Source: Eledone cirrhosa
Lineage: Eukaryota
Assembly: GCA_964016885.1 (NCBI GenBank)
Contig: OZ024741.1
Location: 8,370,001 to 8,434,000, forward strand
Direction of reading: 5' to 3'
DNA length: 64,000 nucleotides
Positions 14,881-26,735 of this stretch are shown piece after piece. Numbering within the stretch: position 1 is the first letter of the stretch; each line of letters opens with the position of its first letter. The position numbers were made by a program, and so were the translations under genes. Below the pieces are notes generated by a model, which saw only the letters and a list, made by a program, of their open reading frames with translations, was not told the origin of the DNA and did not search any database.

Positions 14881-16192
14881 ACATATCTATTGGTTTCTAA
14901 TTCAGAGACATGGCTAACAATCTAAAGGAGTAGAGTGAAAGATCTGGAAAAGAAGAAACGTGAAGTTGACCTCAGCTGGATTTGAACTCAGAACGTGAAG
15001 AGCCGGAATAAACACTAAATATTTGTCGGCCGCTCTAACCACTCTACCAAACTATCGACCCCGAAACCACACGATTACAAAGCGGCCCTAACCACAGAGC
15101 CATTGTATACGTGATGGCCCTGAAGTTGCTTTTTTATTAATATTTTGTAAGTTTTTTCAATCAATTTCTAGGTGCTGCAGCGTCAAAAGTTCTCCATAAC
15201 TAATTCCCAGGTAACGTGTTTTCCAAATCTGAAATTTAAATTTAAAATAAATTATTTGCAAAAAAGTATTAAATATTTTAATGGTTAAGTGAAGAACGTT
15301 TTATATGTTCCAATTTCTGGGTCATAGTTTTGCACCTGGATAGTTAAAAGTTCTCACAATGACACATTTTTCAAAGAGAGACAGATTGTGTCACTTTTCC
15401 TAATAGTGCCTATATTCCTAGAAAAGCTAAGAGGATCGCCCACAGCCAAGCACCGCAACAACAAATTGAAACAGTTACTGATTAGAAAATATCTAGTTTG
15501 GTGGAGTTATTTAATTGTTTTATAATAACAGGATTAAAAGAAATATTTTAATTGGTTAAACTTACAGAAAAAGAAATCAACATTGGAAAGGCTATAAATA
15601 CCATAAATGAGAGGAAAAGGAGGGGAAGAGGAAGGTTTACTATACATGAGAAGAAAGGGGGAAGGTGAGTGGGTGACAGACTCTACACCTTGGTCAGAAG
15701 AGCGGGGTTGCGGCTGTACCCCGTAGACAATGGTCAGTGACACACACTGCAACAGCGGCTCCACCTCGTCTAGCTCCTTCCTTAAATTGATACAGTGTTT
15801 GGAAAACGAATGTGTAAGAGTATTTGAGGTTCTATTTAAATGTATCTATCAGGTTATGGCAGATTCTCTTATCTACAATTTATCCTAATAAAACACCACC
15901 TTAGTAATAAGCGAGGTGGAGGGGCTGTTCCAGTGCGTCTCTCTCACCGTCCTCGGGGGTAATGTCTTCTCCATCCTGTCGACCGGGACCCAGATGTGGA
16001 GGGGAAGTTAATGAACAATAACTATTAACTTTAGAAAATCGTCAAATCATGAAACCGTCCCTGGACAGTTTTTACTGTACGACAGATATGTTAGCAAGGT
16101 TTTAGATTTTACTGTGATAATAATCAAACATAGAATTTTGTTTTTCCCTCCAATATAGCGGATACGTACATTAATTCGGGAGTTTTATATGG

Positions 16193-16378
16193 AATAATAA
16201 TTGTTTCTACTTTTTGGCACAAGGCCAGCAATTACCCAGTACATTACTGGTACTTTATTTTATCGACCCCGTAAGGATGAAAGGCAAATTTAACCTCGGC
16301 GAGATTCGAACTCAGAATGGCAAGGGCCGTAACTCTATGCGTCAAAGCATGGCGTCCGACCCTCTACCGATATTGCCA
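16193..16378 (-). mobile_element. tRNA-derived SINE (major family)
   Basis: Full-length match to other copies, with A and B boxes. Confidence 0.85.
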
Positions 16379-16566
16379 AATAATATTTGATACATTAGCA
16401 AGCAAACAGCCTCATTACACTGTGTTTTTAGATGACCATCGCCATCCTTTTGTTGTAGCAGCGACAGAGAGAAACAACCAAGGTGTGTGGTAGACGGCTG
16501 AGAGAAAAGAGTACTCAATACTGAAGTAGAGTTTTAATATTGATTATATTAAGGTTCAATAGTGAG

Positions 16567-16616
16567 TCTTGTTACTCTGGAGTTTCGCCTGTTTATCACA
16601 GAGTCATCAGACAAGA
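16567..16616 (-). ncRNA. Minimal type I hammerhead ribozyme in a Penelope pseudo-LTR-like fold-back (16490-16685)
   Basis: UCUUGU-CUGAUGA-stem II (CUG/CAG)-GAA-ACUC-CA-GAGU-A/ACAAGA, with a 6-bp stem I. Confidence 0.75.
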
Positions 16617-16838
16617 ACATCGTGAACCTGTGATAAACAAGCGAAACACCAGAGTAACAAGACTCACTTTTTAGCCTTAATATAAATGTATATATATATA
16701 TATTTCGTTTCTGAATTTATTTAGCAAGATTCTTTATCTGAAAACGTGTGTTGAAATCGATATTGTTATGCTTTGGGAGGGTCATGTTGCCAATAAGAAA
16801 CACACGCACCAGTTGCTTTCACTCCAATTTATTATAAA

Positions 16839-16990
<152 letters not shown>

Positions 16991-17012
16991 GCCTGGCACT
17001 TGAACTAAAAGC

Positions 17013-17360
17013 TTGTTGAGAAAGTGACGTCCTTGTTCAATCATCTTACCAAAAGCTTAACATTATTTGTTTAAGCGGACAGTACTTGATTTAGGAGTCG
17101 CAGAAACCCAAATGCTGGATTTTCACCAGCCATCCAGGGGTCCGGGTAAATTTTTCAATCATATTTTATTTGTTTGACCCGAATTACTTGGTTGTTTCTA
17201 TGGCGGTGCGGATAATGGTTTAACCATCGTCTCAGTGTGTTTGGCCTTTTAACTTATGTTGTAGCTCTGGTTCGTTAGATTCTATTGAGCGCTTGCCACA
17301 CATCTCGGAAGTTGTTTTTCGCTAATTTCCAATAGCCGAAATACGATTCTCGGTAATTTA
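17013..17360 (+). repeat. Dispersed repeat of about 350 bp; second copy at 48358-48710
   Basis: Colinear similarity (GCAGAAACCCAAAT, CCGGGTAA, TGTTTGACCCG, TTAACCATCGTCTCAGT). Both copies end at (TA)n. Confidence 0.75.
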
Positions 17361-17408
17361 TATTTGTATATATATATATATATATATAAATATACGTATA
17401 TATGTGTG

Positions 17409-17523
<115 letters not shown>

Positions 17524-17922
17524 TATAACCACAAACAAGCACACACACACAAAACAAGAGACAATAACATGTAGGGTTTCCTGTTGTAAACAAGCTAAAC
17601 ATGTAGAACACTTGTTTGTGTTGGAATATCATATTCCTTTAATAGAAGACATATTGGTAACGCCTTGTCACCTTACCCGTCTCTGTACACACATACTCAC
17701 ATACACACATGCATACACACACACACAAACACATACATACACGCACATACATACACACACACATATACACACACACACATACATACACACACACATCCTT
17801 ATATTGATAATACTTTAAGCAACACAAGTCGTAGAGAGTTTTACGTCTGTTTACAACTACAGTTGCTAGATTACTTGATCAGCCTACGTTTCTTTACTTG
17901 AATAATTATATATATATATATA

Positions 17923-18314
17923 CGAAGGCAATCCTAAAAGTAAGGTCCCCTTCTGATATTGCAACCTTTCCGTTAAAATCCTGTGGAATGTGCTTCGGGA
18001 AACCTCAGGAACCAAAATGCGGAGAATATCCAGAGTGATCCGCCGATCTTTACGCATGTTTTCCTCGGAAAGAGACCTTACTTTTGGGATTGCCCTCTAT
18101 ATAATAACTGCGCGAAATTCGCACTTGGCGGTAGCGTTCAACGGGAGCTCCATTCTCAACGGCTGCCAAGCCAAGATTGAGCTTCCCAGCGAAGCACGCG
18201 CATGCTTGTTTGGGAGTGAAGGACCACCAATCACAACAGTGTTGCCAACAGCCGTACGAACAGTTTCTCTGCGTCCCCATTGCTTTGGAGACCTTACTTT
18301 TGGGATTACCCTCG
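17923..18314. mobile_element. Tc1/mariner-type MITE with TA TSD and an extra internal right TIR
   Basis: TA|CGAAGGCAATCCTAAAAGTAAGGTC ... GACCTTACTTTTGGGATTACCCTCG|TA. A third TIR copy lies at 18072-18098. Confidence 0.75.
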
Positions 18315-18388
18315 TATATATACGAGCTGAGGATCCGCTAAGGTGAAACAATTGTTCTCAGCAAGGTGAACTAACTGTTGTGTAACTA

Positions 18389-18526
<138 letters not shown>

Positions 18527-18667
18527 TGTAGTATAAGTTTGATATAAATATCCAAGAGAGGAACACTCAGTCCATAGGACAAGTTAAGTATAATTAGTTA
18601 CAGCCAAACTTAAGTAGTTGTATATGTCACTGTTGCAACTAATTATATACATACATACATACATACA

Positions 18668-18754
<87 letters not shown>

Positions 18755-19223
18755 GTGTCTTCCCACGATGGCATCTGTACACTTTACTTTTCTTCTATTC
18801 CTTTCCTATTTTTCCCCTTCTCCCTCTCTCCTCATCTTTTCCCCCGTGTTCTTCCTCCTCTCCCTCTCTTTCCTTTTATCTCTCCTTTTTTTCTCTCTCT
18901 TTCTCTCTCCTTTTCCACCTGGCCTTTTGATTAATAAAAGGCCTCGGGCGCACCCGAACTACACCGATGTCCTGTAATTCAGCGCTGAAACATCGGTTCG
19001 GGATACATTTACAGCTGACGATGGAAACCCCTTTCTTACTTTCTCCTCCTGTTCCGTCCTAACCACCATCCTAAACCTTGTTTTTAGTAACCACACAGCT
19101 CCTTTCGTTTCATAACTTTTTGTATATATATATATATATATGAAAAACGTAAAATAAGAAAATTATAGTAATTCAGCGCCGAAACATCGGTTCGGGATAC
19201 ATTTACAGCTGACGATGGAAACT

Positions 19224-19811
19224 CTATATATTTGCTTGCATAGGTATACATCTGTATATATATGTTGGTAGATATACTAATTCTATATAATTATCTCCAA
19301 ATTATTTTGTTGAGCAAAAATTTGCCTAAATTACTACTATGGTTCATAGTATTAGCCTGGCTACTGTCTTTTTAACACCCCACTCCTCACTGATTAACCT
19401 CGATGTCACGTGATTGATTCTTTTGAATTTGCCACCGACCAAGAAGGCAGTGATTTTTTCAGTGTCTTGGAATTTAGTCCCCGCTTGCTCTTTTCCATCC
19501 ACTGAATTATTTTTGTATAAGTTCCCTGTGTCCGCGCATCGCCAGGTATCTTAGCTGAGAATGACTCCCTGATGAAGAAAAGGTTTCTCCATGATCTCCA
19601 TTTGGAGACTATGTATATTCCCTTTCAGAAACTAATTAGTTGGAGTGAAATTTAAGTAAGTAAGCTAATTACTATAATTATCTTATTTTACGTTTTTCAT
19701 ATAATTGTTCTGCATCCCCTTGCATTGAACCACAAAGTTACTAAGACAAAACCTATATATTTGCTTGCATAGGTATACATCTGTATATATATGTTGGTAG
19801 ATATACTAATT

Positions 19812-19815
<4 letters not shown>
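19224..19815 (+). mobile_element. 529-bp terminally redundant hammerhead-bearing unit (retrozyme/pLTR-like)
   Basis: Direct repeat of about 60 bp at 19224 and 19753 bracketing the hammerhead at 19564-19646. Confidence 0.65.
19564..19646 (+). ncRNA. Type I hammerhead ribozyme with extended stem II
   Basis: ACUCC-CUGAUGA-(GAAAAGG...CCCUUUC)-GAA-ACUAAUUAGU (palindrome)-U/GGAGU. Confidence 0.75.
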
Positions 19816-19858
<43 letters not shown>

Positions 19859-20018
19859 GAATTGGTGCTCTGAAATAGCTATATATATAAGAATGTATAT
19901 ATAGTGTATTTTGCAATACACAGTATGCTTAATTAAAAGCATTTCGAAGACCTTATGCTATTGTTTTAGAGTAGTGACAGGCTCACTTACTTTAATTTCA
20001 GAAAACAGGGGGAGATAA

Positions 20019-20063
20019 AGCTGACAAGGCCTTGTTTCGCATTTATTGATGCTTATCAAAGCC
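20019..20063 (-). ncRNA. Hammerhead ribozyme, U3-A8 core variant
   Basis: GGCU-UUGAUAA-GCAU-CAAUAA-AUGC-GAA-ACAAGGCCUUGU-C/AGCU. Confidence 0.75.
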
Positions 20064-20337
20064 AACTACTCCTCCTGTTTGCTGAAATCATGGATGTTTG
20101 GTTCTTATAGAATTCTAGTAAATAATCAGGAACTGATTATACAGAGCGGTTGTCGGTCAAGCAGAAATTGAAAATTAGAATTGGTGCTCTGAAATAGCTA
20201 TATATATATGAATGTATATATAGTGTATTTTGCAATACACTGTATGCTTAATTAAAAGCATTTCGACGACCTTGTGTAATTGTTTTAGAGCAGTGACAGA
20301 CTCACCTACTTTAATTTCAGCAAACAGGGGGAGATAA

Positions 20338-20382
20338 AGCTGACAAGGCCTTGTTTCACATTTATTGATGCTTATCAAAGCC
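20338..20382 (-). ncRNA. Hammerhead ribozyme, U3-A8 core variant, second copy
   Basis: Same as 20019-20063 with stem II GCAU/AUGU. Confidence 0.7.
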
Positions 20383-20403
20383 AACTACTCCTTCTGTTTG
20401 CTG

Positions 20404-20971
20404 TTAGGGTTAGGGTTAAGGTTAGGGTTGGTTCGGGTTAAGGTTAAGGTTATGGTTAGGGTTAGGGTTAGCGTTAGGGTTAGGGTTAAGGTTAGGGTTA
20501 GGGTTAAGGTTATGGTTATGGTTAGGGTTAGGGTTAAGGTTAAGGTTAGGGTTAAGGTTAGGGTTAAGGTTAGGGTTAAGGTTAGGGTTAAGGTTAGGGT
20601 TAAGATTATGGTTATGGTTAGGCTTAGGGTTAAGGTTATGGTTAGGGTTAGGGTTAAGGTTAGGGTTAAGGTTATGGTTAGGGTTAAGGTTAGGGTTAGG
20701 GTTAAGGTTAGGGTTAGGGTTAGGGTTAGGGCTAGATTTAGGGTTAAGGTTATGGTTAGGGTTATGATTAGGGTTAAGGTTTGGGTTAGGGTTAGGGTTA
20801 AGGTTATGGTTATGGTTAGGGTTAGGGTTATGGTTAACGTTAGGGCTAGGGTTAGGGTTAACGTTATGGTTAGGGTTAGGGTAAGGGTTGACGATAGGGT
20901 TAGGGTTAGGGTTATTGTTTGGGTTAAGTTTATGGTTATGGTTGGGGTTAGGGTTAAGCTTATGGTTAGGG
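20404..20971 (+). repeat. Degenerate interstitial telomeric-type array (TTAGGG/TTAAGG/TTATGG)n
   Basis: Hexamer periodicity visible. Confidence 0.9.
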
Positions 20972-21087
20972 TTTGTTTTCCCTCGCCTAAGAACAGGTCT
21001 CAAACTTTGGTCAGCAGAAAAAAGCAAAATTTTTGTTGACCAGTGTTATCAATAGTTGTGTAACACCAATATTTATCTACTAGGTGG

Positions 21088-21277
21088 TGGATTGGCAGTA
21101 TCGGTAGAGGGTCGGATGCCATGCTTTGACGCATGGAGTTACGGCCCTTGCCATCCTGAGTTCAAATCCCGCCGAGGTTAACTTTGACTTTCATCCTTAC
21201 GGGGTCGATAAAATAAAGTACTAGTAATGCACTGCGATAATTGCTGGTCTTGTGCCAAAAGTAGAAACAATTATTTA
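21088..21277 (+). mobile_element. tRNA-derived SINE (major family), full length
   Basis: A box TGGCAGTATCGG, B box GAGTTCAAATCC, conserved core, ATT tail. Confidence 0.88.
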
Positions 21278-21548
21278 TCTGCTTCATGCCATGTAATGTT
21301 TCTAGGAAGTTTCAACAGAAAGGGGGCGGGGGTTCTGATAAAAGACACCACGTTAAAGGGACATAACTCATGTTTTGTTTTAGTGATAATATTATATAAT
21401 ACCGAAGAGTCGTACTTACTTGAGTGGTGGATGTACAGTTGACCACTGTGACACGTGCAGTTTTAAAGAGTATTTACAAAAAATTCTAATCTCTATGTTT
21501 GCAGTAATCCAGTAATTTTAGTGTTGACGTCACTAAATGACCTACGCC

Positions 21549-21592
21549 ATCACCTGATGACGGAAGCAGGCCATAGAAATGCGTATTGTGAT
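21549..21592 (+). ncRNA. Degenerate minimal hammerhead motif
   Basis: AUCAC-CUGAUGA-weak stem II-GAA-AUGCGUAU-U/GUGAU. Confidence 0.5.
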
Positions 21593-21656
21593 TTTTTCAA
21601 CATAGAAGTAATATTTGGAATCAGTCCTTCTGTTTTTATTGATATATATGTATATA

Positions 21657-21670
21657 TGGTGACGATGGTG

Positions 21671-21702
<32 letters not shown>

Positions 21703-21911
21703 GGTGGTGATGATGATGGTGATGGTGATGGTGGTGGTGGTGGTGGGGATGGTGATGATGGTGATGGTGGTGGTAAAATGGTGGTGATGGTGATGATGAT
21801 GGTAGTGATGATGATGATGGTGGTGGTGATGATGGTGATGATGGTGGTGGTGATGATGGTGATGGTGGTGGTGAAGATGGTGGTGATGAAGGTGGTGGTG
21901 GTGATGGCGGT
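21657..21911. repeat. (GAT/GGT)n microsatellite
   Basis: Directly visible. Confidence 0.9.
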
Positions 21912-22006
21912 GTGTGTGTTCACACAAAAACAAGATGTTCACACAAAAACAAGATGGCGTAGGACAGAACAAAGGAGGGGCACAAAAACAAAGAAAAGAA
22001 TCTCCA

Positions 22007-22049
22007 GTCACTGAAGAGGTCACAGAATGTGTGACGAAAGAACTTTGAC
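22007..22049 (+). ncRNA. Minimal hammerhead motif
   Basis: GUCA-CUGAAGA-G-GUCAC...GUGAC-GAA-AG-AA-CU-U/UGAC. Confidence 0.55.
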
Positions 22050-22119
22050 AATATATAAAGAATCATCTGGTTGTGGAACCAACCAACCAATCGGAAATTT
22101 ATAAATTCCTAAATTTATA

Positions 22120-22257
22120 AATTTATTATAATAAATTGAAGTGAAAGCAACTGGTGCGTGTGTTTCTTATTGGCAACATGGCCCTCCCAAAGTATAACAA
22201 TATCGGTTTCAACACACGTTTTCAGATAAAGAATCTTGCTAAACAAATTCAGAAACG

Positions 22258-22262
<5 letters not shown>
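22120..22262 (-). repeat. Dispersed repeat; inverted copy of 16703-16835
   Basis: About 130 bp of reverse-complement similarity, both copies abutting (TA)n. Confidence 0.8.
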
Positions 22263-22316
<54 letters not shown>

Positions 22317-22965
22317 GCTGTGTAGATGTGTTTGTAGATATATGTGAAGGGCGTGTGATGGCGTATATGTGTATGTGTATGTGATAGGGTATATCTGTAT
22401 GTACATGTATATGTATATGTGTATATGATGGGGTATATATGTATATATATATATATATACTGTATATATGATGTGTGGTGTTAGAATGTGAAGGTGTCAA
22501 GATATAGTCTGCCGCCATAAAGATATACCATGTAATTACTGTAACACTCTCCACTACTATATCTTTATACACTCTGTAATACTCTCAATCATCCTTGTTA
22601 TCACTCTGTCTCTCTCTATCTACCTCCTACTCCCCTTCTCTCTCTCTCTAGCTCCTACTCCTCCCTCTATCTCTCTCTGTCTAGCTCCTACTCCCTCTCT
22701 TTCTCTCTCTGTACATACATACATACATGATGACTGCAACTTGATTTCGAGTAATGCCATCGCTTGACACAAAAACATAAGCATCACAGACGTGGCTATT
22801 TAGTCCAGCTAGGGACTTGTCTGTGGCCAGCAATACAATGCATCCCCTGTGCTTAAAGCTTTTTTAAGTGAGGTCAGGCTTAGCACGGGGCCAATCCCAC
22901 TCTCTGAACATCAAATGCATTTGCCCAAAAAGTAGAACTGGTCTACATCATTGGATGCAAAAGAA

Positions 22966-23182
22966 GTCGCAGGTTTTATATCAGAGAGACCTTCTCCTAG
23001 AGAGATGTCTTAATAATGACTAGGAGTATCTCACTCCTCAGATGTCGCAGGTTTTATATCAGAGAGACCTTCTCCTAGAGAGATGTCTTAATAATGACTA
23101 GGAGTATCTCACTCCTCAGATGTCGCAGGTTTTATATCAGAGAGACCTTCTCCTAGAGAGATGTCTTAATAAAGACTAGGAG
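22966..23182. repeat. 78-bp tandem repeat, about 2.7 copies
   Basis: GTCGCAGG at 22966, 23044 and 23122. A related sequence lies at about 60121-60195. Confidence 0.9.
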
Positions 23183-23377
23183 TCTCTCGTTAAACACACA
23201 CAAAAACAAAATACCTTTTGGATGAGTATTGACTCCCCTGAGTTCCTCCGCCCTTTAACGGGTTTTGTTTTTCATCCAGCAGGGTGTCCAAAATCAACCT
23301 CTTCACCTGAAGTGCGACCAGACATAACACACTCACACACACTCATATATATATTCTTAAAGATGAGCACTGAGGCG

Positions 23378-23487
<110 letters not shown>

Positions 23488-23614
23488 CGAAGTTTGAAAG
23501 CCACAACAATGCAGGTTTAGACGGAGAAAAATTAAGACGTAAGAAACAGGGATTGTTGTTTTTCCCTTAATTTATTCATATGTGCTGATATTTCGAGATT
23601 AATATCTCTTCTTC

Positions 23615-23647
<33 letters not shown>

Positions 23648-23653
<6 letters not shown>

Positions 23654-23895
23654 GTATAGAAATTAATGAGAGCAAGAAGCCAACAGTATTCCATAATATA
23701 TAAGTAACTATAACGTCAAAATGGAAAATATTTAACGTAAGATATGGGAAAATAATTCAAACTCAATTAAAAAAAAAGTCAAGACAGATTTTATCCACAG
23801 ATTTTGTGAAATCCAGGGAAAAAACCAATAGAGACCTAACTCAGAATAAAGGTTAAATACTCATCCTTCAATTTGGAAAAACTACAAATGCTCTC
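23648..23895 (+). repeat. Dispersed repeat; second copy at 47407-47665
   Basis: Colinear similarity (AACAGTATTCCATAA, AATAATTCAAACTCA, ATCCTTCAATTTGGAAAAAC). Confidence 0.75.
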
Positions 23896-24389
23896 TCTAT
23901 ATATATGTATGTGTGTGTGTGTGTGTGTGTATTTATACTCGATCTCATGTAAAAGTCGACCCTAGTATCCTTAATTGTTTTATTTGTTTTTTTCTTAATT
24001 TTTATTCTTTCCCTAGGACTTCTGATATTTTCTTTGAAAGCAAAGTTTTTGCATCGGCCCCTAAAGTACTACCGTGGGCCCCCGAGGGGCCATTAAGCTA
24101 TCTGACGACATGGCCAGTCCGCCACTGGTCATAGCTATCATTAAGGTTATTGTTAGCTGCAGTGTGGCGAGTTAGTATATGTATATATAAAATTAAATTA
24201 AAGGTCGTTTGACATATATACATAAAATAAACATATCAAACATTGAGAGGTGATAATTTGATAATTTGAAATATATTTTACCATTAATTGGTGACGATAC
24301 CGGATTTAACATCTATGATTCACTTATTAATGGTGAAATATATTTAATGGAATATATACAAAGGAGATTAACCATTATTGCAAGGTATC

Positions 24390-24890
24390 ATATTATGATA
24401 AAGTAAGGAGTGCGGGACTGCGTCCCGAATATATTTTTTTATCCCGTTAGTAAAATAAGTTGGATTACTTTGAATAAATAATGAATGAATATTACATAAT
24501 TTATCTACTAAATTTCGTAGTTGTTGAGTAAACACAAATATTCTTATAATATAATGATTGCTTATTTTAAGATTCACTTCTTTTAACATTTTCAAATGTC
24601 TACACTTTCGGTGAGCGTTCGTTATATTATAACACTTATTACATTGCTTATATAAACATTCATATATTTACATCGTTATATAAGGTTTCATTACATTTCA
24701 CCGTAATACAGTTTATATATAATATCGTCTGTTTTAAATGTATCATGGATTACGTTTCTGATTACATAACACAGTGTAACACAGTCTCTCTTCAATTTCT
24801 GTGTATATTGTCAATTAGGATTTTATTTGATGTATCATATCTACATGTATATAATATCAATATGCACACTACACATGCTAGCAGAAAACG
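24390..24890 (+). mobile_element. Helitron-like family A, copy 2 (termini decayed)
   Basis: Colinear with 57245-58687 and the reverse of 12287-13023. Confidence 0.7.
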
Positions 24891-25400
24891 ACCCTCCGGG
24901 CGCGAAATTTAATGAAAACTTGTTCACGTGACAGCCATAATTTCATTTATAACCAATCAAATTACGTTTATTTAAAAAAAGCCTTCGTGAGCCCCCCTTT
25001 TTCTTTAAGTAAAAAGAAATTCAAACACTCATATATGAAAACACAACCTGAGCCCCCCCCCCCCCCTCCTCTTATTTGAAGAACTTTGTAACGCGAACTG
25101 GAGCGAAATTTATTATAATTATTGACCAACCAATCAAATTACTTCTCTAAAAACCTGGCGTTTCGAGCCACTTTTTTCCATATAAAACAAGTAACATTCA
25201 AAGACCAACCAGATGTGAGAAAAACCACAGACCCTCCATCTCAACTCTACTTTTGAAAAGCAGAAGAACTGCGAAACCGGTAAAGGAACCAAATAAATAT
25301 ATATATATATTTAAAAATAAGACTCCAGTTGCATTTTCGATTTCATCTTTTTTTCTTTATATATATATATATATATATATGTCAATCGACCTTATGTCAA

Positions 25401-26070
25401 ACATACAGAATAGCTGGGTGCTCACAGTAAAGCAACCAGTGAAAGACTTGTTACATATACATAGGTATACGTGTGTGTATTCATATACACACTAGTATTT
25501 CAGTATGCATATGTAGATGTAATTTTTTAACTTAATTGTTTAAGCGTCAGTCATACAAAAGTGAGTTACAAACGAAACGAAATTTAATTTCGTTTCGTTA
25601 TTTGTTTTTATCGTCTCCGCTGAACCGGTGCGTACTCACACTCTATGCAAATTAGTCTGCCCACTACTAATTTTCATAGAAAAAGCATATAACGATATGT
25701 GCTTTTACAATTCTCCAGAAGGGCCGGTAGATAGGTAAATATTGCTGATGAGTTGTAACAACAACGAAACTAGTTCAATATTCCTTGTCTGGCTTTCTGG
25801 AGAATAGAGGGAAGGTGTTCCCTCAAAAACCAGTATGACTCTAAAAACCGGTTTGTCTGTGTGTTTACATACAGAATAGCTGGGTGCTCACAGTAAAGCA
25901 ACCAGTGAAAGACTTGTTACATATACATAGGTATACGTGTGTGTATTCATATACACACTAGTATTTCAGTATGCATATGTAGATGTAATTTTTTAACTTA
26001 ATTGTTTAAGCGTCAGTCATACAAAAGTGAGTTACAAACGAAACGAAATTTAATTTCGTTTCGTTATTTG

Positions 26071-26075
<5 letters not shown>
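25401..26075 (+). mobile_element. 466-bp head-to-tail retrozyme-like unit (about 1.45 copies) with an intact hammerhead
   Basis: ACATACAGAATAGC at 25401 and 25867, about 210 bp of perfect redundancy, hammerhead at 25738-25782. Confidence 0.8.
25738..25782 (+). ncRNA. Intact minimal type I hammerhead ribozyme
   Basis: AAUAUUG-CUGAUGA-GUUGU-AACA-ACAAC-GAA-ACUAGU-U/CAAUAUU: 7-bp stem I, 5-bp stem II, palindromic stem III. Confidence 0.9.
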
Positions 26076-26120
<45 letters not shown>

Positions 26121-26121
<1 letters not shown>

Positions 26122-26260
26122 GATATTAACAAATGGAAACTATATTTATAAAACCATATTTATTTCATTATACATATTTCAAGGACACCAAGTTAAATTA
26201 TGGTATGCCTTCATGAAATAAATATGGTTTTATAAATATAGTTTCCATTTGTTAATATCG
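26121..26260. repeat. 48-bp-arm inverted repeat enclosing a truncated hammerhead
   Basis: Arms at 26121-26168 and 26213-26260. Confidence 0.85.
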
Positions 26261-26351
26261 TATATCTACTCCAAATACATGTCGAGTGCTTTATATCAGT
26301 TATAAAAATATTTACTTGTTGTATCCCAACAATTTAAATAGAACTTTTGCT

Positions 26352-26386
<35 letters not shown>

Positions 26387-26406
26387 CTATATATCCATAT
26401 ATATAT

Positions 26407-26735
26407 AAATAAAATAAAATAACAGGAGGCTGGACTGGTGTCAATCCTTGAAAGGTTTATTATACTATGATCATTTCAATGACCGGGTTCCATATGAATC
26501 CTGTGATATCATCAGCTATTCGAAATATAACAAAGGAATATCGTAAAAACCATGGGTCCGAAAAATCAGAAGTCCAGCCTCCTGTTATTTTATTTATAAT
26601 TAAATCCGTATTCGCACCACCAACTACACAAACGAAGACGGGTGAACTGCACTACTTTGAGTACTCTCCACAATATTACACCAAGATTGACCATACGGAA
26701 TGACCAATTCTATCAAGGGGTGAACCAACAAACCT
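26407..26735. mobile_element. Penelope pLTR-like fold-back fragment; related copy at 47740-47965
   Basis: AATAACAGGAGGCTGGACT in both orientations; decayed CUGAUGA...GAACCCGGUC on the minus strand. Confidence 0.55.

Larger units (their letters stand above)
19853..20403 (-). mobile_element. 319-bp tandem unit (about 1.7 copies), each copy with a hammerhead; retrozyme-like
   Basis: Direct repeat offset of 319. Hammerheads at 20019-20063 and 20338-20382. A diverged relative lies at about 34320-34512. Confidence 0.7.

Noticed and set aside
16703-16835. Possible hammerhead (CTGAAAA...GAAA) in the repeat shared with 22120-22262
   Set aside because: The core is non-canonical in both copies and no stems pair convincingly.
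20365-21039. VRVKV and NPNPN ORFs, or a true telomere
   Set aside because: Translation of the hexamer array. The array is degenerate and flanked by ordinary sequence on both sides.
21088-21277. tRNA gene
   Set aside because: A and B boxes are present but there is no cloverleaf. About 12 dispersed copies share a body and tail, so it is a SINE.
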